A stretch of 64,000 nt of DNA from Eledone cirrhosa (taxonomy: Eukaryota), in the NCBI GenBank assembly GCA_964016885.1, contig OZ024743.1, forward strand, positions 100,130,001 through 100,194,000, given 5' to 3'. Shown in pieces: positions 26,306 to 37,026 of the stretch (position 1 is its first letter; each line of letters begins with the position of its first letter). The notes under the pieces were generated by a model. It was not told where the DNA came from, did no database searches, and saw only the letters and a program-made list of their open reading frames with translations. The translations under genes and the position numbers were made by a program.

Positions 26306-26905
26306 ATCTTATTTCATGAATGCTTCTTTTCCTCCACTTCACCACCCTAGTGACATACTGCACCACCCACCCCCTTTCTATCACCTTCCAATCAGTTGCC
26401 TTTCAGACATACCCTCTCACATGACTAATATCACATGACTAATGTCGATTCACTACACTGTGGACTGTAACTACACTTAGAAAGGCAAACGAGGAATTCT
26501 TAAGATGTTTGAGTTGCCACCCAGTGTAGACAAGAATCCAAGAGAGCTGCCACTATAAGTAAAATAAGATTGTATAGAGCATATGTTGAGCTTTGTAAAC
26601 CTTTGAGAAGGTCGGCCATCTAAGTTGGGAGAGTCTGATTAAAAACGACTGCACAGTACAGACGTGGACTCTGTAGCAATAAATGAAGGCAGCCTGTCTA
26701 GGAGAGCAGTGACTATGATCAAAATCAGCTGCCTGTGACAAGCAGGGACATCATAGGCCATAGTGGGAGCAGCTTGTCTGGATGGACAGTGACTCTGAGT
26801 GGAAACAACTGCAAAGGGCAGATATAGACTTTGTAGTTGTGAATGAAGGCAGTTGTAGCTGTGAGGGCTGCTTTCATGGGGTTAACACAATGTGGACATT
26901 GTAAT

Positions 26906-27136
26906 CCATAATGAAGGCAACCTGTCTAGGAAGGCAGTGACTCCACATAATGAAGGCAACCTGTCTAGGAAGGCAGTGACTCCACATAATGAAGGCAACC
27001 TGTCTAGGAAGGCAGTGACTCCACATAATGAAGGCAACCTGTCTAGGAAGGCAGTGATTCCACATAATGAAGGCTGCCTGTCTAGGAAGGAAGTGACTTC
27101 ACATAATGAGCAGCCTGACTAGGAAGGTAGTGACTC
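26906..27136. repeat. 39-bp minisatellite (CCACATAATGAAGGCAACCTGTCTAGGAAGGCAGTGACT), ~6 copies
   Basis: Directly visible; degenerate units upstream at 26680-26800. Confidence 0.92.
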
Positions 27137-27552
27137 TGGATATGGACAACTGTATGGATCACGTGAGGACCTCACAAGCCATAGTAAAGGTAAGCCATCT
27201 AGTGAAGAATGTGCCATCCAACACAAGTTTGTTATTAGTGACATCAGAATAAACACAAGATAGAACAAGATACACAGGAAAATATGGAGATGGAAGTTTA
27301 AAAGCTAAAAGACCTTTCTGGAAGCTAAAGTCACTTTCATCCTTCTTCAACACGTGACCCAGTCATCTCATTCCATTTCTCTGGACAGCATTCATTACTG
27401 ACTCTATCAAAACAAACTTGCAGAAAAAATAAACTTTCTCACATAGAATATATATACTAGCTGAAATCTTGTGGTGGTCAATGGAAGGACAAGCAATTGG
27501 TTCAAATTATCAGAACAATAAGTTTAAGACACCATTATTTTAAGCTGAAAAG

Positions 27553-27743
27553 GGCGATGGATTGGCAGTATCGGTAGAGGGTCGGACGCCATGCTTTGCA
27601 GCAAAGAGTTACGGCCCTTTATGGTTTGAGTTCAAATCCCGCCGAGGTTAACTTTGCCTTTCATCCTTACGAGGTCGATAAAATAAAGTACCAGTAATGT
27701 ACTAGAATAATTGTCGGCCTTGTGCCAAAAGTAGAAATAATTA
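27553..27743 (+). mobile_element. Full-length tRNA-derived SINE (family A, Meta/MESC-like core) with 14-bp TSD
   Basis: A-box-like tggcagtatcgg, B-box gagttcaaatcc, core ctttgcctttcatcc...gtcgataaaataaagtaccag. TSD tttaagctgaaaag at 27539-27552 and 27744-27757. Confidence 0.85.
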
Positions 27744-28677
27744 TTTAAGCTGAAAAGCCTCTTTACACAATATGCCTGTCAGTTGTAATAATACTATATT
27801 TATTCTCTAAATAATTCTCTTTTTCTATTCCAACCAATGTGCAATTCTTTACATTGACTTAGTAATTCTTTCATCACTATTTTGTCAAGTATCTTGATGG
27901 CTTCACTGATGAGGTCAAAATAAAACCAAAGCTTATCCAGAGTTGCCTCCCATAGTAGCCAAACAAAATTAAACTAATATTGGTTATTGATAAATATGTT
28001 TTTTTTGCCTCACTTCATAATTACTTTCACCAATGTTCCCTACATAAAATATAATAACACTAACTAAAAATATACACTTTTATTTTCAGTTTTTCATGGT
28101 CAGCTTTTGTTTGATTACCAAATGTTTTCTGTGTTTTTACTCAATATAAATTAACAGTATCAATAAATTGTTTTTTCATGTCCCATCATCGCCATTTTAT
28201 TGCCATTTTATTGAGATTTTATTCTACTTATTTCAATTAACCAACCTTGAAAATAGAAACCAGAACATTCTGAGAAAATCCTCCATGTTAGACTAGAATG
28301 AACGAATGGTGAAGTAGTTTGTTTTGTAATCATTAGGTGTTGTATTTGATCCCCTGCATGGAATCTTGGGAAAATGTTATTTACTATAGCTTCAGGTCAA
28401 CCCATACCTTGTGAGTGATATTGAGTTGATAGAAACTGATTGAAAACCCATCAGAAGGACTGTACTTATTCAAAGGACCAACATTGTCACACACTGTGCC
28501 ATGCTAAATCTCACAGAGAATTACATTAAGAGTACAGAACATGTCTGCGGAATACTTAGTCACTTACATGTTAATTTTACAAGCAGGTTGTTCTGTTGAT
28601 CAAACAACTGGAACAGTCATCACCAAAACCAATGGAGGTCCATTCCACAATTCTATCCAAAGAGAGAAATACATTAA

Positions 28678-28869
28678 CCCTTTAGCATTTAAACTGGCCG
28701 TATCCGGCCAGAATTTTCTCACCTCTTTCTGTTCAAACCAGCTGTAATGGGCCACTCACACTGATGTTAAGGTATTGTTCTCAAAATAAATATCAAAATC
28801 TCATAGATTCGATATTATGTGAGATAATTATGTGAGATAAAGCCTTTATTGTGAAAATATAATAGTATA
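28678..28869. mobile_element. piggyBac-like MITE family A (right end lost)
   Basis: TTAA-CCCTTTAGCATTT start; body matches 47762-47991. Confidence 0.7.
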
Positions 28870-29675
28870 GGGAGGCCACTGAAAGGCTGAATATAAAACC
28901 AAAATAACTTTTACAAAGACATAGATTTTTATTTTTTTATTATTTTATTTGAAAATATAAGTAATGCATCTTTTTCAGTATTATGTGTGAAAAACAACAA
29001 TCTATCTAATCTAATCTGGCCGAGTTTACACTCGCAAATAGGAAGAACGAGGGCCGCCCCTAGGAGCATTGGATTTGGTATACTTCATATTTGTTTTGGT
29101 TGCTGAATACAATCAGGAGTTGCTGCTTCTCCTGAAGGTCAATAGTTCTCGTCTAACTCGAGTGGGAGTGCCTTTCCATTGTCAATTTGCATTGATTATC
29201 TGCAAAGCTGTATTGTTCTCAGAACCACTACACCAGACTTTCGATGTGAGCAGCTGGAACTACTGCCACCCATTGATTTGGCAGGATCGCAACTTATTTC
29301 TACAGCTGAGTAAACTGGAGCAATGTGAAATAAAGTGTCTTGTTCAAGAATCGAACTTACAACCTTTCGATTGCAAGCCCAATGCTCTAACTACTAAGCC
29401 ATGCGCCTTCACAACAAGGGATGCTCTATAACCTGCAAAAAAAGATTGTTAGGGTCTATATATATATTCATATAAATATAAGTACATAAATAAACATGTA
29501 AACATTTTATTCATAGTTGCACAAACAACATTACAAATCGTTTGCAATTCCTTCAGAATGAAAATATAAACAGAGCATATAAATAAATTTACAGTAGAAT
29601 AACATAACAAATATGTTTTAAATATATACATAAATAACATTACAAATGCCTAGGTAACACTACAAAGGATGATAT

Positions 29676-29780
29676 AATTGTTTCTACTTTCGGCACAAGG
29701 CCAGCAATTACCCAGTGCATTACTGGTACTTTATTTTATCGACCCCGTAAGGATGAAAGGCAAAGTTAACCTCGGCGGGA
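29676..29780 (-). mobile_element. SINE family A, 3' portion
   Basis: Reverse complement of the 27640-27743 sequence. Confidence 0.8.
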
Positions 29781-29811
29781 ATGAAAAATATATTCCTTAA
29801 ATGCTAGAATA

Positions 29812-30645
29812 TTAAAGAAAATGTAAAGGAAGGGGTGAACAACGGAGCCAACACCAGAGCAAAAGACAGCAACGTCGCGAGTACTGGGCAACCTCTCTAA
29901 TGATTTTTGAGGCAAGCCAGCACACTCGCAGCATTGCCTTGGGTGATGGCGAGGCTGATGCACTGAAATAGCCAACACCCTCGTGAGATTCGCCAGTCAC
30001 CTCTATTAGGCGAGCCGCCAGTGAGGAAAGGAACCTCGCAGTCAGCGGCCCGACTCCCCCAAATGTCTCGAAAGCCACAGACTGAAAAATGTAGCTGGCC
30101 GACAGATCAGAGTATTTGAGGGTCGTACTTCGCTCGGCTGCAGAAGCTGTGGCTCTCGTCCTAACCGCAGCATCCAGGATGTGGGAAAGAGCAAAAGAGT
30201 CACTAACAGTGACGTCCCAGACAAGGCACCTGCCTCTCGACCAGGAGCACAGGGTAAGACTGTCAGGTCTTTTGCCGTCACTTCTGGACAACCCAGATGG
30301 TTCTAAGACTGAGGGGATATTCGCCCGGGCCAAAGCTCTCTTCAGAATGAGGTTTAGCTCCATGTGACGCGCGAAGCGGTCAGCATTCAGGCGGCAAGAA
30401 AGACCGTGGAGGCCTGTAGAGTCAAGGAGTTTGCCGCATCAGCACCTCAAACCCATGCAGACGTCAGCTCGCACTCTGAGGGCGATGGAGACACGAAGTT
30501 CGTCCAGGCTGAGTAGGCCACCAACGTTGCCCACGGGTAGGGCATCAACCCAGTTGCCTGAGTATTTGGCGCTGGCAGATAGTAAGCGGCACCTTGCAAA
30601 CTGATCTGACTGGACGAAGAGGGAGTCGAAGGTGGCCTTCAAACT
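29812..30645 (-). mobile_element. CRE-clade non-LTR retrotransposon 3' fragment (zinc knuckle + restriction-like endonuclease)
   Basis: ELRVSIALRV...C..C....D..G.H.L.C...RFARH.ELN.ILKRAL....PS.LEPSGLSRSDGKRPD.LT...WS.G..L.WDVTV...AAE....KY..L...F..VAFETFG; frameshifted. Confidence 0.8.
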
Positions 30646-31020
30646 TATGCTGTCTCAAGTTCTCTGACTTCGACTGTCCGCCACCTTCACAAGCCCAACT
30701 CACTCCATTGCTGGAGAGCTTCACCCAACTTCCTGTTGGAACTAGTCCTTGTTGGAGAGGAGAGGATGCTGCTCACCAGGGTGGAGCAAGCGTGGGTGGA
30801 GGAAAGGAAGGAGGGGAGAGAGAGGGACGAACACTTACGAAGACCAAGACCCTCAAATCACTTGGGCAACGCAGCCTGATCGCGGGACTCCGGAGAGAGT
30901 CTCACATTGACCAGACACTCGAGTCTCTCGAAGATTAAGTCGTCGAAAAAAGATTGAAAACAAACAAGTTTTTCAGTACCACCCTGTATATATAGAGTAA
31001 TGTAAATACTAAAGCATCAA

Positions 31021-31187
31021 AACCAAGTGTTAAATACTTTCCTTATAGTTCAAGAACTGACACTATTGCTCAGGTAATAACCAAGTGTTAAATACTTTCC
31101 TTATGGTTCAAAAACTGGCACTATTGCTCAGGTAATAACCAAGTGTTAAATACTTTCCTTATGGTTCAAGAACTGACACTATTGCTA
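31021..31187. repeat. 58-bp tandem repeat x3
   Basis: aaccaagtgttaaatactttccttat... at 31021, 31079 and 31137. Confidence 0.92.
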
Positions 31188-32547
31188 GATAATCTAGTTC
31201 ATTGAACTGAACCATTCCTATCCCTTCATACTGAAATAATTCTTCTACATAAAGTTTTCATTAGTGTTTGTTTGTTTGTTTGTTTTAATAATTTTAATTT
31301 GGATTTCTATTTCAATTTCAATTTCCTTGAAATTCTTATACTTTTGCTGTTGCTTGTTTTTACTCAAAGCTAAGAAACCTATAAATTTCATTCTGAGCAA
31401 GATTAACCTTTTTGATATCAAACTGCCTGAGAACACTCCTAATTCTACAACACAAAGCTGTTTATTTTAAAATATTTATATTTATCTAAAAACATTCCAT
31501 CATGATTTTATTTTAGAATCTTTGTTATTCTCCAAACACCAGCTTAATATTGCAAAAGTCAACTACATTCCTAAATACTACCTAATTCTTGATTATATTC
31601 AAAATTATTTAAAACATACAGGCAGTGTCTTTCATAGTACTGAAAGGGTAATGAGTTCATTTGTTTTTGTTTTTTCAGTGAGTAGACACTAATATTCTCT
31701 ATTCATTAGTGGTATCAGTGCACCTTCTCACATGATAGCATGATCATGTATCATGGCTAGCACAATAGTATCATTAGGAATGTTCAGTTCAGAATGAACT
31801 TCCTTTATACATTTTATTATAATCAATGAATAGATTGTTAAATCTAGTGACACTTCTATCACCAAAGGTTTTGTGTAGTCATATCTTTAAGTAGCATTTT
31901 GATTGATTCCTTATTCAAACAAAATCCAACCAGAGAATATTTATCTCCATGAATAAATCCTGAGATTGGAATCGAGTAACTTATTTATCTCTGCCAGTAA
32001 ATACTTCAAATACTCACCTTTATTATCAAATTACACAAATAATCAACAATGTTCATTCAGTCATTTATACATATCCAATTATATAGGCTTCTTACTTCAT
32101 TTATAATGCATTTATCTATTAATAGCTTGTCTATGATATAAGCACAGTTTGTCTGCACCTACTGGATTTATATTAGACACATAATTCTATTTAATATTGT
32201 TTATCAAGTACTAGGACAAAATAGGAGTTTTTTTTTTTAATGTTGTATAAAGTTACAGAGTCTATATGAAGCTTTGTGAGATAGAATTTAAAGTGTTTGG
32301 AAAACTACTTCATTGTATGTTAGAAACAAAAGCAAAACAAGACAAAAGTTTATACCTATTTCTTTATATCACAATATTTTGGCTTAAAAAAAAATTATTG
32401 TAAGCATGGTAACAGAATTTAGCTTTGATCTGCACAGATATGTGGGAGGATAGGTGGAGTGTGAAGTATTGGTAGCTTTAGATTCAGCAATTTACATCTT
32501 ATGAGTCTCAGCTGTTGGTCATGGTGAGATTTAATTATTTTAATTTT

Positions 32548-33168
32548 GAGTGCATGTTGGTCTGTGTGCGCATGTTTGTGCGCTTCGTGCGCTTTGTGCG
32601 CGTGTTTGTGCGTGCTCGTGTGCGCGTTTTTTCACGAATTTGAGTACGCGTGTATGTGCACGTGTGAGTGCCTGTGTTTGTACACGTATGTACGCGTGCG
32701 GTTGTCTGCATTTGTGTATTTTCACGTTTATGTTAGGTACAAAGACAACATTTTGCTCATACAGATCTGTATGCGCAAGTGTATGTGCATCTGTGTGCGC
32801 GTGCTTGTGCAAGTTTGTGTGCACTATCATGTGCGCATTTTTGTGCACGTTTGTGTACGCCTGTATGTGCATATCTTTGTGCATGCGTGTGCGCATGAGA
32901 GCGCATGGGTTTGGGCATGCGTGTGCTTGCACCTGTGTGTCTCTGCATGTGCACGTGTATTTTTGCGTTTGTGTGCATACAATTAAGCATAAAAATGCAC
33001 ACAAAATTGCACACACAAATGTGTACACACACGCGTACGCACACACGTACACAAAAGACACAAAATTGCGCACAAAAATGGGTGCACAAAGAGCACACAA
33101 ACGCGCACAAAAATTCGAACAAACACATACACTTGCGCATACAGATCAGTATGAGCAAAACGTGGTCT
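32548..33168. repeat. TG/CA-rich low-complexity fold-back
   Basis: TG-rich left half, CA-rich right half; ~32743-32788 is the reverse complement of ~33123-33168. Confidence 0.75.
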
Positions 33169-33278
33169 CTGGACCTAACTTGTCTCATAACAGGACATCC
33201 TGTCTAACCCATGCTGGCATGAAAAATAGACGTGAAATGATGATATATTATCATTATAAATTTATATATATTATATAA

Positions 33279-34554
33279 ATCATCATCATCATCATCATCA
33301 GGTTTAGCGTCCGTGTTCCACGCTTGCATGGGTTTGGACGGGGGTTTTCCCACTTGAGGCAAGAGTGGTTGTCTTGCTCGCATAGGACTGTCTGGCGGGT
33401 TTTCTACAGTTGGATGCCCTTCCTAACACCAACCACATTTACAGTGTGGGGCTGGGAGGTTTTTACCGTGTTGCCTACACGGCCACATTACAGCGTGGAC
33501 TGTCTGGCGGGTTTTCTACAGCTGGATGCCCTTCCTAACACCAACCACATTTACAGTGTGGGGCTGGGAGGTTTTTACCGTGTTGCCTACACGGCCACAT
33601 TTACAGCGTGGACTGTGTGTTTTTTTGTCGTGACACCTACACGATCTCATTTGTTTCGGCCTGGATGTTGTGGGACCAACATAACTTTACATTGAAAGGG
33701 GCGGTGTGGAGGGACGGGGGTGTGTTTTGATAGAGGTGCCTACTGACTGTAGTAGGTTTTTACTTTGTATTTAGGTAAGGCGGGTCTTCTCTATTACTGA
33801 GTACCGCCAAAGGTCTCGGTCCAGTGACATTGTCTTGGAGAGGTGTAAGCGTGTGAGGTCGGAATTTATCAGCTCGTCCCATGTTTTTCTGGGTCTGCCT
33901 ACTCCGTGGCTACCGTCTATCTTTATTGCCCTGCACTTTGTTATACAGCTGTCGTCTTTCATGCGCATCACGTGACCGTACCAACGTAGCCTTCTCTCGA
34001 GTAAACAACATCTGATCCCTCTTATTTCTAATTTTTTCCTTAGTTCGTTTATGCTTTGCCGTTCACGTATATTACTATTGCACATCCAGCGGAGCATGCA
34101 AGCTTCGTTCCTCTCTAGTCTGCGTATATCCTCTGCACACAATGCCCAGGTCTCACTGCCATGCAGCATTGCTGTTCGTATGCAGGCATCGTATAACCTG
34201 CCTTTCATTTTTAGGGAGAACCCTCTAGCGGCTAATAGTGGTATAAGCTCTCTGAACTTTTTCCATCCAGTTCTGACTCTAGCTACTGTACTTTCAGAGC
34301 ACCCTCCCCTACTGCTGATTTTGTCACCCAGATAACGGAAGCTGTCCACTATTTCTATAGAACCCTCTGCGCAGTTGAAGGAGCTAGTATTTTGTGGGCA
34401 CTTGCTGCTACTTATTGCACCAGAGCACCGGCCACATGTAAAATCTATGTTCTTAGTTAGCTTACCTGTGATCCCACTACATCTTTTATGCACCCATACT
34501 TTGCATTTGGGACATAAAATGGAGTTTCTACCTACGCCTTTCCTACACACTGAG
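33279..34554 (-). mobile_element. RTE LINE (family 2) 3' fragment with 112-bp duplication in the 3' UTR
   Basis: ORF 33771..34640: SVCRKGVGRNSILCPKCKVWVHKRCSG, FRYLGD, LHGSETW, RRLRWYGHVMRM, GRPRKTW. (TGA)n tail; duplicated unit at 33385 and 33497. Confidence 0.9.
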
Positions 34555-34601
<47 letters not shown>

Positions 34602-34606
<5 letters not shown>

Positions 34607-35062
34607 ATGCTCTGAAATAGCGATATATATGTGAAGACAAACATAGAATATTCGAAAATATTCTGTATGTTTATAATAAACATTTTGAAGACCCAATCGC
34701 TATAGAATAGAATACGTCACGTATTACAATTTGAGATTCTCGATAAAAGTAAGGGAAGTAATCTACGCGTTTCATTCTTGTTAGAAATCTTCAGGATTAC
34801 ATATCCAATACTTTTATCGAGAATGACACAGCTAGAGACTTATAGAATACTTAGCTGCATACAGGAACTGGTTTGATAGAGCGGTAGCCGGTCCGGCAGA
34901 AATTAGAATTTGGATTTAATGCTCTGAAATAGCGATATATATGTGAAGACAAACAATTGTAATACGTGACGTATTCTATTCTATAGCGATTGGGTCTTCA
35001 AAATGTTTATTATAAACATACAGAATATTTTCGAATATTCTATGTTTGTCTTCACATATATA
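34602..35062 (-). mobile_element. Retrozyme-like non-autonomous element: 312-bp unit, 42-bp terminal direct repeat, inverted partial copy
   Basis: 34602-34643 = 34914-34955. 34955-35062 is the reverse complement of 34623-34731. Hammerhead inside; (TA)n on both sides. Confidence 0.7.
34758..34800 (-). ncRNA. Minimal type I hammerhead ribozyme
   Basis: Minus strand: gtaatc-CTGAAGA-t ttct aaca agaa t-GAAA-CGCG-TA-gattac. 6-bp helix I extended by a 16-bp stem (34736-34751 / 34809-34824); palindromic ACGCGT. Confidence 0.88.
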
Positions 35063-35077
35063 TATATATATATATTA

Positions 35078-35390
35078 GCCTTGCAATCAAAAGTTGTGAG
35101 TTCAATTCTCAGACCGGGTGATGTGTTGTTTCCTTGAGCAAGAAACTTTATTTCACATTGCTCCAGTTTACTCAGCTGTAGAAATGAGATGATAGGGACT
35201 GGGGTCCATATCACTCCACTGCAAAGTGACCGTGGAGGTGCCACGGCAAAAAAGCACCCAGCACTCACTGTAAATGAGGTTGGTGTCAGGAAGGGCATCC
35301 AGCTGTAGAAATCAAGCCAGAATCAGTTCCCATCCCACCCTTGCAAGCAGGGAAAAAAGTAGACGTAAAAATGAAATGATGATGATGAAA
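35078..35390 (+). mobile_element. CORE-like tRNA SINE with RTE-derived tail
   Basis: B-box gagttcaattct, CORE-like segment, and the same body and tail as 21300-21578. Partial relatives at ~29295-29410 (-), ~44140-44245 and ~54600-54730. Confidence 0.72.
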
Positions 35391-35522
35391 TGATATATTT
35401 ACATCATCATCATTGCCACTATCATCAGTCATCGTCTGTGCATGATGTCATCACCCCTTCCTTCCTCGGTCATCTCTAGTGTTTGACGTCATCACCCCCT
35501 TCCTTCCTCAGTCATCTCTAGT

Positions 35523-35790
35523 GTGGTAATGGTAGTGGTGGTGGTGGTGATGGTAGTGGTGGTGGTGGTGGTGGTGGTGTTGGTGACGATGATGATGAAG
35601 TGCTGATGGTGGTGGTGTTGGTGGTGGTGGTAGTGATGGTGGTAGTGGTGACGAAGTGCTAATGGTGGTGGTATTGGTCGTGGTGGTGATGATGATGAAG
35701 TGTTAATGGTGTTGGTGGTGTTGGTGGTGGTGGTGATGACGAAGTGCTGATGGTGGTGGTGTTGGTGGTGGTAACGAAGTGCTGATGGCG
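35523..35790. repeat. GGT/GAT-rich simple repeat
   Basis: Directly visible. Confidence 0.85.
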
Positions 35791-37026
35791 GTTATCAAAT
35801 TTGAAGAGGTGATTATGAAAGATACCATGATAGCTTGCGCTTAACTGTTTGTATTTGACTGATAGCTTGTGCTTGCCTGTTAGCTTGTAATATTCACTTT
35901 ATCTTTTCTCAGACAGTTCCTATTTCATTATGCTTCTTGGATTTTCTCATCTCAAACTTTTCCTACTCCTTAGCTATTTGTTTTATAATGGATTCTACTG
36001 ATATTCACTGATCATAAACAGTATTGATTTCTTTTAACTAAGTATGAGAGATACGTAGTTTGATTCTGCACAGGTATCTCTAGCCATTCCTTTCATCTCC
36101 AGGAATATGTTTAGTGATCAACTATGATTATAGTTATCTGCATTGAAGAGACTATATTTTCAAATTTCCCAATGCTTTGTAAGCCGGATGTTTACACAAG
36201 GCCAGGCCAATGTTTATAAGATGGAGGAAAGTATAGTTGATTGGATTAACTTAAATATATTACTGATACTCATTCTATTGACAACCAAAAAGTGGAGGAA
36301 GTAATGAAATTCCATAGATTTTGATGATGAGTATTCAGTTGTATGATCAACTTGCAAATTAAATGGGTAAGTGGCTGAGTATTCCACAGATAGATGTATC
36401 CTATTGTTATCTTCAGACAGAATCCACATGACCTAATAATAATGAAAATTATTGTGTACACTGCTCAGGCACACTACAACTCATCAAAGGTGAAACATGT
36501 CATTCTCAGAGAATATTCTACAATCTCAAGATGAAACTGAATTACACACTCAGTGCACCAGGAATAAGGGTCTGTAGTTGAGAGACAAAAATATATTGAT
36601 TTTTATTTTGGTATAGAAGAATAGTATACTGAATCAAACGGACTCAAATACATACATATTTACATACAACATACATACATATATACATACATATATACAT
36701 ACATATATACATACATATATACATACAACATACATATGTACATACAACATACATATATACATACATACATACATATTTATATATATTTCAAATTATATTT
36801 GAAATATATATACATTTTTTTTTTTTTTTGTTATGACCATGCTGTAAAATGGAGGGGTAGAGAGGGCCCTTGAGTCCAGTAAAACATCCTCTCTAGTGCT
36901 GGTGGCACAAATAAAAGCACCCAGTCCATGCTGTAAAATGGCACTGGTGTTAGGAAGGGCATCCAACCAGTGTATCAATGCCAAAACAATTATCAGCACA
37001 GCAACAAGTAGATAGGACAACAAAAT

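Noticed and set aside
27553-27645. tRNA gene (A/B boxes)
   Set aside because: No cloverleaf; it is a multi-copy SINE head with a TSD.
32540-33278. Cys-rich ORFs of 140-240 aa
   Set aside because: Produced by TG/CA low-complexity sequence.
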